Shown here: in pieces, positions 28,967 through 39,035 of the stretch
Position numbering within the stretch: the stretch's first letter is position 1
Layout of the letters: each line of letters opens with the position of its first letter
Source of the DNA: Candidatus Limnocylindrales bacterium
GTDB lineage: Bacteria > Chloroflexota > Limnocylindria > Limnocylindrales > CSP1-4
Length of the DNA stretch: 64,000 bases
Assembly (NCBI GenBank): GCA_050008515.1
Contig: JBEKMM010000014.1
Span: forward strand, 17,566 to 81,565
Reading direction: 5' to 3'
Program-made: the position numbers and the translations under genes
The notes under the pieces: generated by a model
The model's database searches: none
Seen by the model: the letters and a program-made list of their open reading frames with translations, nothing else
What the model was told of the DNA's origin: nothing

Positions 28967-30862
28967 TCACGGGTCCTTCGTCGCCTCCGATGCCGCCTTG
29001 AGGACGCGGCAGGCTCGGAGGGTCACCCATTTGCTCGGCCGACCGGGGCGGTCGATGTCGATCGCCATCTTGCCCGCGTATGAATAGCGGTTCGGCCAGC
29101 GGCCACCGGCGTCCTGCCGATCGACGATCCAGTCGATGGCCCGATCGAGGCGCGGATCCGCGGCCATGCCCGCCTCGCACAGGGCCTCGAGCGTCTGCAG
29201 GACGTCGGCGACGTAGCCCGACGGGAAGCCGATCTTGAACCACGAGCTGCTGGGTTTGGTGTTGGGGCCCATCGGGTAGTCCGCGACCGAGGGGTCGCGG
29301 CTGAGCAGGAAGGCGGCACCCTCCTCGATCGCGCGCGCGACCGCCGGCGTCCGTCGCTCGGCCGGAACGCGGGCGAGGGCCAGGACGGCCTTGGTGGCAC
29401 CCCAGGCGCAGGGATCGCCGTAGTTGGCGCCGCAACGAAACCCGGGTCCCGGCGTCAGCGAGTACCAGCGCTCCATTCCTTCGCCGGTGATCGAGGCGGC
29501 CTGGTAGGCCAGCGAGCGCCCGACGCGCGGGTCCTCGAGCATGCCAAAGCCGATCAGAGCGCGGAGAAGGTTCCCGTTCAAGCAGTGCACGACGCCCGAC
29601 GGCGCCGGCCGGGCCAGCCCGGAGCCGAGCGCACCGAAGCCGCCGCCGCTCGACTGGGCATGCTCCAGCACGTACTCGCAGGCTGCCCGAACGCGCGGGT
29701 CGTCGCCGTCCGCGCCGAGCTGGTCGAGGAAGATGACCTGCCACACGGTCCCGGTGTACTTGGGCGAGTAGCCGTGACCCGGCTTGACCCACCAACCCTC
29801 GGGGTTCTGGGCGGCCAGGATCGAGGCGATCGGATCGGCGCGCATTGCCTTCGCGCGCGCCGCGACCACCTCCGGGTCGTCGCTCGGCCGATCCAGCAGC
29901 CCGCGCAGGGCCAGGTGCCGAACCGCCGGCGTCTCCTCGTCGAGCAGCCATGGCAGCGGGTCAGCCTTGACGCGATCGATCCATCCGCCCACGGGCCAAG
30001 TCTGACGGGGCCGCCCGCCGGCGAGCGGCGCGGGCGACCGCCGCAGCCGCCACAGCCGCCACGCGGCCACGACCACCGGCGGGCCCATGACGAGCGGGCC
30101 GATGATGGCGACGCCGGCCGGCGCCACCCCGGAGAGCAGGTTCGACGCGAGCATCAGACCGTAGGCCGCGACCGGCAGGGCGGCGACGCCGGCTCCCACC
30201 GGCCCGGCGCCCACCGACCCGAGCGCCGCCGGCGCCACTCGCTGTTCGAGGGCGCGGTAGGCGAGGTAGACCGCGAAGGTCGTGAGCAACCAGCCGACGT
30301 AGTTCTGGATCGGGATGCCGAAGTAGGGGCCGCCGGTCTCCCAGATCCACGCCCGTGCGGACGGCCCGGACAGGATCGGGTCCACGACGAGGTCCCAGGC
30401 GGTCATGACGGCGGCGCTCACGGCGGCGAGCCGCACCAGCCGCGAGACCCCCGCGGGCGTCCCGGTCGCGCGCTGCTCCAGGGCCAGGTTCGCGATCACG
30501 TAGCTCGGGTAGATCATCATGAACCAGGCCAGCGGGATCAGGTACGGGACCTGCCCGAGCTTGGGGCCGAGGTAGTCGGTGTAGTGGTAGGCGCCGTAGA
30601 CCAGGCCGGTCGCCACGCCCACCTGTTCGAAGGCCCACGAGATGACCGCGTTCAGCCCAAAGAAGGCGAGCGTCAGCCGCCCCCCGATCGAATACCAGGC
30701 ATGTGTCAGGCTGAAGAGCGCCAGGATCGAAGTCAGCACGGTCAGCTCGGCAGGTAGCTTGGGTAGCCGAACGAGGCCGATCAGGAGCAGTCGGACGACC
30801 CCGTCGTAGGCGAAGATCGCCAGCAGGATGCAGGCGACGAGCAGCAGGATCCGGGCGCGCAT
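28967..30862 (-). CDS. Fusion membrane protein: N-terminal DUF422 'carotenoid-biosynthesis-associated' membrane domain plus a C-terminal alpha/alpha-toroid (squalene-cyclase/prenyltransferase- or LanC-like) domain
   Basis: Trimmed from ORF 28967..30961 to MRARILLLVACILLAI. N-terminal ~300 aa with ~8 TM helices. C-terminal ~330 aa soluble with aromatic-rich repeats (QNPEGWWVKPGHGY..., DAGGRWPNRYSY). Confidence 0.65.
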   Translation of the reverse strand: MRARILLLVACILLAIFAYDGVVRLLLIGLVRLPKLPAELTVLTSILALFSLTHAWYSIGGRLTLAFFGLNAVISWAFEQVGVATGLVYGAYHYTDYLGPKLGQVPYLIPLAWFMMIYPSYVIANLALEQRATGTPAGVSRLVRLAAVSAAVMTAWDLVVDPILSGPSARAWIWETGGPYFGIPIQNYVGWLLTTFAVYLAYRALEQRVAPAALGSVGAGPVGAGVAALPVAAYGLMLASNLLSGVAPAGVAIIGPLVMGPPVVVAAWRLWRLRRSPAPLAGGRPRQTWPVGGWIDRVKADPLPWLLDEETPAVRHLALRGLLDRPSDDPEVVAARAKAMRADPIASILAAQNPEGWWVKPGHGYSPKYTGTVWQVIFLDQLGADGDDPRVRAACEYVLEHAQSSGGGFGALGSGLARPAPSGVVHCLNGNLLRALIGFGMLEDPRVGRSLAYQAASITGEGMERWYSLTPGPGFRCGANYGDPCAWGATKAVLALARVPAERRTPAVARAIEEGAAFLLSRDPSVADYPMGPNTKPSSSWFKIGFPSGYVADVLQTLEALCEAGMAADPRLDRAIDWIVDRQDAGGRWPNRYSYAGKMAIDIDRPGRPSKWVTLRACRVLKAASEATKDP

Positions 30863-31110
30863 CGACTCCTCCGGGCTCGACTTTCGGTCCGACTCGAACG
30901 CACGATAACGCGCCCCGGCTCGACCGGCGGCTCGAGGCCGGGTGTAGGGTGACCGGCGCAAGCGGTTCGGTTAGGTTTGGGTAGTTGGTGGGACCCCCCA
31001 TGACCACGGTCCTATTGATTGGGGCGCTTCTCGGGCCAACCTTGACAGGCCATGATCTGCCCACCTTCAGTCGTGTCGCGATCTCCGTTTGTCCCCGGGG
31101 GAGGACGTAA

Positions 31111-32100
31111 ATGAGCACCCAGGAGGCACCGGCCCTAATCCAGTACGCCTGCGAGCGCTGCAAGACGAGGTTCGTCCTGCCGCCGTCGCGGCGCCGGCTG
31201 GGGTTCGGCGGCCGCCTCAGGGCCTCCGGCATGGCGCTGAGCCACACCCTCCGCTTCCACGAGGGTCTGGGCACCACGTACGACGGCGCGCGCCGGCAGC
31301 TGCTGGCCAAGATGGACGACGACGCCTACCAGTCGTTCGTCCAGAGCTTCAAGTTCTGCCACGAATGCCGGCAGTTCGTCTGCTCCGAGTGCTGGAGCAC
31401 GTCGCGCAAGACCTGTCTGGGCTGCTTCGCCAAGGCCGCCGGCACGACGGTCCGGCAGCGACCGCCGTTCGCGCCCGAAGGTCCGTCGATCCCGAGACCC
31501 GTCGCCGCGGTGCTTCCCGCCGGCCGACGCCGCCGCCTGCGCACCGACGCCAGCCTGCTGGTCATGGGCGCGGCCGTCCTGCTGCTCGTGGTGGAGCTGG
31601 TATTCATCCTGCCTGGCCTCGGCCGCAACAACGGCACCGGGTCCAACCCGACCGACATCGCCGTCGTCCCGACGGACGCCCCGACCAACGCCCCAACGGC
31701 GGCCCCCACCGACACTCCGACGCCGGCCCCCACCGACTCGCCGAGCCCCACGCCGACGGCCAGCCCCTCGCCGAGCCCGAGCCCTTCGCCGACCGTCGCG
31801 CCGACGCCCAGGCCCGCGACGCCCAGGCCCGCGACGCCCAGGCCCGCGACCCCCAAGCCGACCCCGAAACCGCCCGGCATCACCTGCACTACCCCCGATG
31901 GCAGCGGGAACTTCACGTGCACGTGGCAGACAAACAGGTACACGGCGACGGGTACTTGGTACGTCAACAGTGCCGGAGCCGGCAACTCGCTCTGGACAGA
32001 GTATTTCACCGAGAACTCGGGCAGCTGGGAGGTTAAACTGACCGTGGTGACGGGCGCGTATACCAAGACCTCCAACAAAGTAACGGTCGTCGTCCCCTAG
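31111..32100 (+). CDS. Zinc-ribbon membrane protein: cytoplasmic 4xCxxC double zinc ribbon, one TM helix, Pro/Thr-rich linker, ~70-aa C-terminal beta domain
   Basis: GGAGG-N6-ATG. CERC...CHEC...CSEC...CLGC. TM LLVMGAAVLLLVVELVFIL. Linker with (ATPRP)x3 encoded by a perfect 15-bp repeat at 31806-31850. Confidence 0.6.
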   Translation: MSTQEAPALIQYACERCKTRFVLPPSRRRLGFGGRLRASGMALSHTLRFHEGLGTTYDGARRQLLAKMDDDAYQSFVQSFKFCHECRQFVCSECWSTSRKTCLGCFAKAAGTTVRQRPPFAPEGPSIPRPVAAVLPAGRRRRLRTDASLLVMGAAVLLLVVELVFILPGLGRNNGTGSNPTDIAVVPTDAPTNAPTAAPTDTPTPAPTDSPSPTPTASPSPSPSPSPTVAPTPRPATPRPATPRPATPKPTPKPPGITCTTPDGSGNFTCTWQTNRYTATGTWYVNSAGAGNSLWTEYFTENSGSWEVKLTVVTGAYTKTSNKVTVVVP

Positions 32101-32523
32101 ACGCAGCCGGTCCCGGTTGCCTGGCCGCCGGCGGCGCTCCGGCCTCGCCCGCCCCGCCTGCTCGGGGCCCGCAACTGACCAACCGCCCGTAAGTGGGTGC
32201 GGATTCCTCGTGACAGGCGCCGCCCGGCGCTGTACAAAGCACAGATGGGCACGCCCTACGTCGCCAATCGGGTTCCCGTGTTCGTCCGCCCGCCCTCGAG
32301 GCTCGGCCCGACAGCCGCCTTCGGCTGCGCCGACTCCGTCTCCTCGTCCCGTGAGGCAGGTGGCTTGACGCGGTCGCGCGCCTCTCTTCCCCGGTCCCTC
32401 GTCGGCCGACCCAGGCCGGCGTCCCACGACCGGCCGACCACACGGAGCGCCCGGGCCTGAACTGACGGCGGTTTCTCGGGGGGAGCGGCTCTTGGAGGCA
32501 CCTTCGGATAGAGGAGAGAGCGC

Positions 32524-33948
32524 ATGTCCGTCGCAGCTGTCGATCAGGGGGGCGCACCGGCCGAGGGAGTTGGCCTGAAACGGGTCCTCGGAACTCGCGA
32601 CCTGGTTGTTTTCGGCGTCATGATGATGTTCCCGCTCGCGCCCATCGCGGTCTACGCGGCGGTGAGCGGGTCAACCGCGGGCCACATGGCGGCGGCCTAC
32701 ATCGTGGCCATGGTCGCCATGCTCTTCACCGCCCTCAGCTATGGGGCAATGGCCGGCGCGTTCCCCAAGGCCGGCTCCACCTACACCTTCACTCGAAACG
32801 GCCTCAACCAGTACCTCGGGCTGCTCTCCGGCTGGGCGATCATGCTCGACTACCTGCTCTTCCCAACCCTCAACTTCATCATCATTGCGGCCTTCGCGCA
32901 GCAGCTGGCCGGGACGGTGGGGCTGTTCGGGGGTTGGGATTACTGGTTCTGGGTCATCGCCGCGATCGTCGTCGTCACGATCTTCAACCTCGTCGAGGTC
33001 AAGTGGCTGGCGCGCGTCTCGGCCTTCCTGATCATCATCTGCCTGATAGTGATCGCCTGGTTCGTGGTCGCCTCTATCGGCGCCCTGAACAGCGGAACCG
33101 GCGAGGCCACGATCATCTCCACCAAGCCGTTCTTCGGCGACGGCCTGACCTTCGACGCGCTCCTGGCAGGCACGGCCATAGCCTGCTTCTCCTACCTGGG
33201 CTTTGATGCGATCAGCACCCTGGCCGAGGAGACCCACAATCCCGGGCGCAGCGTCTCGCTGGCGATGGTCACCGCCCTGGTCATAGTCACCGTGCTGTTC
33301 ATCGTCCAGGCCTACTTCGCGCAGCTGATCTACCCGGACTGGGCTGGCCTGCCGCAGGACGGTTCGGCCTTCTCGGTCATCTTCGCCGTCGCCGGCGGAA
33401 ACGTCCTCTCGACGGTGCTGTCGTATGCGGTCATCGCCGCCGCGCTGGCCAACGCGATCGACGCGACCGGCGGCGCCTCGCGCCTGCTCTTCGGCATGGG
33501 CCGGGACGGCGTCATCCCGAAGCGGATCTTCGGCTATCTGCACCCGAAGACCGCGGCGCCCGTGATCAACGTCGGGATCATCGGCGTCCTGGCCATCTTC
33601 GCGTGCACGCGCGACCTCAACACCATCCTGGCCATGATCAACTTCGGGGCCCTGTTCGCATTCACGCTGGTGAACCTGGCGGTCATCGGTCACTTCGTCA
33701 TCCGCGGCGGTCGCCGCTCGCCGAAGGACCTGCTGCGCTACCTGGTCGCGCCCGGCATCGGCGCCTTCGTCATCCTGTGGCTGTGGACCCAGCTCTCGAG
33801 CATCAACTGGCTCTTCGCCCTTCAGTGGCCCAGCGATCCGGCTCAGCTGATTCCGTTCGCGTGGCTGCTCATCGGCATCGCCTATGTCGTGTGGACGAGC
33901 CGGTTCTTCCGCCTGCCGCTCCCCGAGCTCAAGGAGACTCACCTCTAA
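32524..33948 (+). CDS. APC-superfamily amino-acid permease
   Basis: 474 aa with 12 predicted TM segments. ~420-nt upstream leader. Confidence 0.85.
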   Translation: MSVAAVDQGGAPAEGVGLKRVLGTRDLVVFGVMMMFPLAPIAVYAAVSGSTAGHMAAAYIVAMVAMLFTALSYGAMAGAFPKAGSTYTFTRNGLNQYLGLLSGWAIMLDYLLFPTLNFIIIAAFAQQLAGTVGLFGGWDYWFWVIAAIVVVTIFNLVEVKWLARVSAFLIIICLIVIAWFVVASIGALNSGTGEATIISTKPFFGDGLTFDALLAGTAIACFSYLGFDAISTLAEETHNPGRSVSLAMVTALVIVTVLFIVQAYFAQLIYPDWAGLPQDGSAFSVIFAVAGGNVLSTVLSYAVIAAALANAIDATGGASRLLFGMGRDGVIPKRIFGYLHPKTAAPVINVGIIGVLAIFACTRDLNTILAMINFGALFAFTLVNLAVIGHFVIRGGRRSPKDLLRYLVAPGIGAFVILWLWTQLSSINWLFALQWPSDPAQLIPFAWLLIGIAYVVWTSRFFRLPLPELKETHL

Positions 33949-33949
33949 C

Positions 33950-35173
33950 ATGTCCGGCACCGAGCAGGGCGGGCGGGCCTCCGGGTCCGCCCGCAAGCCG
34001 GTCGCTCCATATATGGCCGTCGGCCTGTCGACGATCGTCTACGGTGTGGCCGAGCGCAAGCACATCAAGGTCAATCTCGATATCATCGAGGACAACATCC
34101 ACGCCGCCATGTCGATGGTCAACATCAACATGCCGGTCAAGCTGATTGCCCTGGCGGAAGGAGCTCTCACCGGATTCACCGACGAAGCCTTCGATCTGCC
34201 GCACACGCTCGCCGCGCGCGAGCTGTTCATCGACATTCCCGGCCCGGAGACCGAGCGTCTCGCGGGGCTGGCGAAGATGTATGGGACCTACATCATCGTC
34301 CAGTGCAAAGCGCGCTGGCCCGAAGTGATGGACAACCGATTCTTCAACACGCTGTTCATCATCTCGCCGGCCGGCGAAGTGGTCCATCGGGCGGCCAAGA
34401 ACCACATCTGGTGCCGCGAGCGCTCGTGCGTCCCCCACGACATCTACGACCGCTGGGTCGAGCTGTTCGGCGACGGCATCGAGGCCTTCTATCCGGTCCT
34501 GCGGACGGACGACATCGGCAACGTCGGGACGATCTGCTGCAGCGACGGCGAGTATCCCGAGGCCGTCCGCGCTCTCGCGTTCAACGGCGCGGAGGTCGTA
34601 TATCGCCCCAGCGAGGCGATGCCGATGACCGGCAACTCATACCCGGGCGGCGGCGGCTGGATGGTCCAGAACCGCGGCCATGCCCAGTTCAACAGCCTGT
34701 ACATGGTCTGCCCCAACGTGGGCCCGGTGTACCTGCATCCCAAGATGCGCCATCCCGTCGATATTGCCGGCGGCAATTCACACATCGTCGACTACTACGG
34801 CAACATCATGTCGTACTCGGCTTCCGGGGCGAACACGATGGTCGCGGCCGTGCTCGACATCGAGGCTCTGCGCCAGTTCCGGGCGATGAACCTCAACAGC
34901 AACTGGATGAAGGATCTGCGCACGGAAGTCTTCCGGCGCATGTACGAGCAGCCGATCCACCCCAAGAACCTGTGGATGAACCAAGATCCCTTGCCGCACG
35001 AACCAGTGGACGAGATATACCGGGACAACATTCGCCGGCTGGTTAAGCGTGGATCGTTCACACCTCCGGCGATCGACTTCCAGGGCGCCTTCTATCAGGG
35101 TGAGGCCACGTCGGAAGAAGCCTGGCGGGAGATCAAGCACTTCTGGGACGGGTGGGGCGAAGAATCGGAGTGA
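33950..35173 (+). CDS. Carbon-nitrogen hydrolase (nitrilase/amidase superfamily)
   Basis: Trimmed to MSGTEQGG. The start is 1 nt after the permease TAA. CN-hydrolase E-K-C context (IALAEGAL, ICCSDGEYPE). Confidence 0.75.
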   Translation: MSGTEQGGRASGSARKPVAPYMAVGLSTIVYGVAERKHIKVNLDIIEDNIHAAMSMVNINMPVKLIALAEGALTGFTDEAFDLPHTLAARELFIDIPGPETERLAGLAKMYGTYIIVQCKARWPEVMDNRFFNTLFIISPAGEVVHRAAKNHIWCRERSCVPHDIYDRWVELFGDGIEAFYPVLRTDDIGNVGTICCSDGEYPEAVRALAFNGAEVVYRPSEAMPMTGNSYPGGGGWMVQNRGHAQFNSLYMVCPNVGPVYLHPKMRHPVDIAGGNSHIVDYYGNIMSYSASGANTMVAAVLDIEALRQFRAMNLNSNWMKDLRTEVFRRMYEQPIHPKNLWMNQDPLPHEPVDEIYRDNIRRLVKRGSFTPPAIDFQGAFYQGEATSEEAWREIKHFWDGWGEESE

Positions 35174-35349
35174 TCGGCGGCGGGGCCGACCGCGCGGTCC
35201 GGCGCTCCGCCTGATAGCTGCCCGCCGGGCCCGCCCGCGCCGGGCCGCTCGCGCGCGCCGCTCGCCGGCCCCCTTGCGGCCCGGGTCACCGCTGCCGATA
35301 CCTTCCGCAGCCGACTCTCCATGGCTCACGCAGCGGAGGGCGTACCGAG

Positions 35350-35757
35350 ATGCCGATCAAGTGGGAGCCGTCGACTATGGCGACGAACGTCCCGACCGCG
35401 GACCAGCAGCACCGCCAGCTCATCGACTGGCTCAACGAGCTGCTCGCCGCGATGGCCCTGGGCGAGGGCGGGGCCGAGGTCGCGGCCGTCCTGGACAAGC
35501 TGGACATTTACGTGAACATGCATTTCGGCTTCGAAGAGCAGTGCATGGTCAGGTACAGGTGCCCGTTCGCCGAGACGAACATGGCCGCTCACGCCTACTT
35601 CATGATGACCTTCGACGATCTGCGGGCCGAATACGAGGCCAACGGTGCCAGCCCGCATCTGGTCGTGCGAGTGGAGCAGGAGCTGGCCCAGTGGCTCGCC
35701 AGTCACATCAAGGGGATCGACGTAAAGCTCGTCCCTTGCGTCAAGCGCGCCGCCTGA
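35350..35757 (+). CDS. Bacteriohemerythrin (hemerythrin HHE cation-binding domain)
   Basis: MPIKWEPS...HRQLIDWLNEL...HFGFEEQCM...HAYFMMTFDDL...H spacing typical of hemerythrin. Confidence 0.7.
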   Translation: MPIKWEPSTMATNVPTADQQHRQLIDWLNELLAAMALGEGGAEVAAVLDKLDIYVNMHFGFEEQCMVRYRCPFAETNMAAHAYFMMTFDDLRAEYEANGASPHLVVRVEQELAQWLASHIKGIDVKLVPCVKRAA

Positions 35758-36022
35758 AGCCCGGGCTCGTCAAACCGGAGCTCTCCTCACGCCGCGTTCG
35801 CGCGCCCGCAGGCCCGTTTCTCTCGCTCACCCGCCTCGGGAGTGATATCAAGCCACGGCGCCGCGCGCGGGCCCGCCCGGCCGAATCGCCCGCGTGAGGC
35901 AAGCGTGGCGTGAGGTTCGATGGGGCATTCTCGGCGTGACGGATGGCCGACGACTTCGATATCACCCCTCCGGCGAGTGAGCGAGAGGAACCACGGCCGA
36001 TCGCCACCCCGCCGAACCGGTC

Positions 36023-37528
36023 TCAGCCGTTCGGGGCGTAGGTCGTCAGGCACGCTCCGACCGCGCAGCGCTGCTCGGCCTGGCGGTAGCCGGGCGGGAG
36101 CGATGGGGGAGCGGAGCCCGGGTCGGCGACGTAGTAGATCCGGCCCCCGCTCGCGGCCACATCGGCGGGCACGGAGCTGAGGACGGCGTCGGGCGGATAG
36201 GCGGCGGTGCCGAAGTACCAGGGCGGGTCGGAGGCGGCTAGGACGTGGAGGCGGGCGCGAACGGCGGGGCTGCCCTGCGCCAGCAGCGCCAGGTAGTGGT
36301 TCGGGTCGGCGGCGACGAGATCGTGCGGGCCGGCGCGCGACTCGATCTCCGGCAGCAGCGAGGCGGTCTCGGGGTGGGTGATGACGCCGCCCAGGGCGAG
36401 GGTCGGGACGGCCACGGCGACGAGCAGCGCGGCGGCGAGACGGCGCGGGACGACGGCCAGGCCCACTCCCGCCAGGGCGAAGAGCGGCAGCCACATGACT
36501 CCGGCGTAGCGCGCCTCGAGGATCGGGCGCCAGGGGCTGACCGCGGCGAGGGCGAGGACGCCGCTGCAGGCGATCAGCATGAAGACGGCGGCGCGGCGGG
36601 CCCCAGGTTCGAACCGGCGCCAGCCGGCAGGGTCGAACGCGACGGCGGCTAGGGCGATCGAACCGGCGGCGACGGCGACAATCTGCAGCGCCAGCAGGAT
36701 GTCGCGGCCGGGCACGCCCGAATCGACCGGGGGACCGGCGAAGAGCTGGCCGAACGTGCCGGCGAGCGAGCCGACGCTCAGCGGCGGGATCCAGAAGCCC
36801 TGCCCGGCATGCTCGAGCTGGGCCTGGGCGAAGACCAGCCAGGGGCTGATGCCGGCGAAGGCGATCGCGGTGGCGGAGCCCGCGGCGACCAGCGTCCGAC
36901 GGCCGGGCCGAAGCCAGACGATTGCGACCAGCACGCCCGCGAGAGCGACAGCGGCGAAGTAGTCGGTCCAGACGGCGGCAGCGGCGACGACGGCATAGGC
37001 GACCCAGAGGCCGGCGCTCCGGCCTTCGACCGCCGGCCGTTCGACGTCCGGTCGCCCGGCGTCCGGCCGTTCGACCGCCCGCCAGAGGAGCAGCGTCGCG
37101 GCCACGACCAGCGTTCCGGCGAGGGAGTACATGCGCGCGTTCTCCGAGGCCAGCAACGTCGTCGGCAGAAGCGCCGCGAAGGCCGCGGCCCACAGCCCGG
37201 CGGCATCGCCACGCACGCGCCGGGCCAGCGCGGCGAGCAGCGGGACCAGGGCGATCCCCGCCAGGGCGGGCACGAGTCGCAGCGCGGCCGGGCCGCCAGC
37301 AATCTGCGCGACTAGCCACTCCAGCACGTAGAAGAGGGGCGGCGCGCTGTCGCGACCCACGACCCCGAGCATCTCGCCCAGCGGCCGGCCGACGACGACC
37401 GCGGTGAAGTCCTCGTCGACGCCGAGCGGCTGTCTGGCCAGCAGCGCCAGGCGCAGCGCCGCGCCGAACGCCGTGATCAGGGCGAGCTTTCGACCGTAGC
37501 CGGGTCGCCGAAGCCAGCCGTAGCTCAC
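36023..37528 (-). CDS. GT-C fold membrane glycosyltransferase (GT39/ArnT/PMT-like), paralogue 1
   Basis: 501 aa. N-terminal multi-TM region with a DE(D) loop (LGVDEDFTAVVVG). GTGA overlap with the upstream paralogue. Confidence 0.7.
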   Translation of the reverse strand: MSYGWLRRPGYGRKLALITAFGAALRLALLARQPLGVDEDFTAVVVGRPLGEMLGVVGRDSAPPLFYVLEWLVAQIAGGPAALRLVPALAGIALVPLLAALARRVRGDAAGLWAAAFAALLPTTLLASENARMYSLAGTLVVAATLLLWRAVERPDAGRPDVERPAVEGRSAGLWVAYAVVAAAAVWTDYFAAVALAGVLVAIVWLRPGRRTLVAAGSATAIAFAGISPWLVFAQAQLEHAGQGFWIPPLSVGSLAGTFGQLFAGPPVDSGVPGRDILLALQIVAVAAGSIALAAVAFDPAGWRRFEPGARRAAVFMLIACSGVLALAAVSPWRPILEARYAGVMWLPLFALAGVGLAVVPRRLAAALLVAVAVPTLALGGVITHPETASLLPEIESRAGPHDLVAADPNHYLALLAQGSPAVRARLHVLAASDPPWYFGTAAYPPDAVLSSVPADVAASGGRIYYVADPGSAPPSLPPGYRQAEQRCAVGACLTTYAPNG

Positions 37529-39035
37529 GGCGTCACCGCCCAGACGGCCGGCTTGCCGGCGGGATCCCAGGCTACCGGCTGCGCCCGGGCGGCGGTCTGC
37601 GGTCCCAGGGTCGATCTGATGTCGTCTCGGCTGAGCGCCAGGTAGATCGGGTGGGCGGCAGGGTCGGCCAACTTCGACCCGGGCGAGTAGATCGCCGGCG
37701 GCTCGGAGGCGTCCAGGAATTCGACGTCCATCGCCGAGTAGTCGTCCAGGATGACCGCCGAGCCCGGATGTTCGGCGGCGTAGGAGGCGAGCGAGACGAT
37801 CGGATAGCTAAAGGCCGAATAGCGGTTGGCTACCGGCCTGGTGAAGTACGCCCACCCGCTCCAGACGGCGACCGCGGTCAGGGTCCCCGCCACGGCGGCC
37901 ATCGCCAGCCAGCTCGCCCCGCGGTTCCAGCGTCGACGCACCTGCTCCGCTATCTCGGCGGCTCCGAGCCCGATCGCGACACCGAGGGGCGCGGCCAGGC
38001 CGAGCGCCCGCAGGAAATGGGGAGAGCCGCCTTCGGTCGCCACGAGCGGCGCGGCGAGGAAGACGGGCAGGGCCAGCAGGATCAAGGAGTGGCTCGGGTC
38101 GCGGCGCATCCGCCACAGCCGCACCAGGCCAGCGACCGCCACAACGGAGAGTGGCGCCGGCAGCAGCGGCAACCCCGCCACGTCGTGGCGCGCGTTGGGG
38201 TCGCCCGTCAGCCCGAACATCGCCACCGTCCGCAGCACGTGGGCGATCGGGTTCGAATCCGCTTCCACGCCCGGGTTCAGCGCGCTCGCCGCCGCCCGCC
38301 CGAAGTAGTTCGTCGGGTTCGTGACCGCCACGGCGATCATCGGCGCCGCCACGATCAGGAAGGCCGCCGCGAACGGAACCCAGTCGGCGCGCAGGCGCTC
38401 GTACGTGGGGCGATCGACGCGCCGCAGCCACACCAGCCACACCACCACGAGCACCGGGAGCAGCTTGAGCGGCTGGTACGTGTACAGCGCCGCGAGCGAC
38501 GTCACCGCCCCGGCCAGGATCGCCGTTCCGCGGCCCGGCCTGGCGGCCCAGTGCAGGAGGGCCATCAGCGCCACCGCCCCGAAGAGCGGCACGATCGCGT
38601 TCCGCATCCCGTCGCGGCTCACGCACACGAGCCACAGCGAGCCCGCCGCCCAGGCCGCCGCCACGATCCCCGTCCACGTCCCGAAGCGCCGGCCCAGGTG
38701 GCCGATCGCCAGAACGCCCGCCACCCCGAACGCCGCCGCGGTCGCCCGCAGTGCCTGGGCGCTCGCGCCGGCGAAGTTGAAGACGCCGGCCACGACGTAG
38801 GCGAAGAGCGCCTCGCGGCCGCCGTCGCTGGTGAACCAGACGCCGAAGTCGGCGTGGAATCCGGGCTGGTGGAGCAGCCGCCAGGCGTCCAGGCCCTCGC
38901 CCGCCTCGTCGCCGTACAGCCCGCCGGGGTTGGCGGCCAGGTCGTAGAAGCGCAGGACGATCGCCGCGGCAACGACAACCGCCAGGGCCGCGACGGCGAC
39001 CAGCGCCGCCGCGAGCGTCGCCCGCGAAGGCATCA
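37525..39035 (-). CDS. GT-C fold membrane glycosyltransferase (GT39/ArnT/PMT-like), paralogue 2
   Basis: Trimmed from ORF 37525..39756 to MPSRATLAAAL. The upstream 241 codons are Arg-rich and low-complexity. The start overlaps the esterase stop. Confidence 0.65.

Noticed and set aside
29585-30757. 390-aa plus-strand ORF
   Set aside because: Antisense to the DUF422-toroid fusion gene.
32671-33996. 441-aa minus-strand ORF
   Set aside because: Antisense to the APC permease. Asp/Arg/Gly-rich.
35787-37319. 510-aa minus-strand ORF overlapping the GT-C paralogue 1 in another frame
   Set aside because: Alternative frame of a gene with a coherent TM topology. The product is Arg/Pro-rich low complexity.
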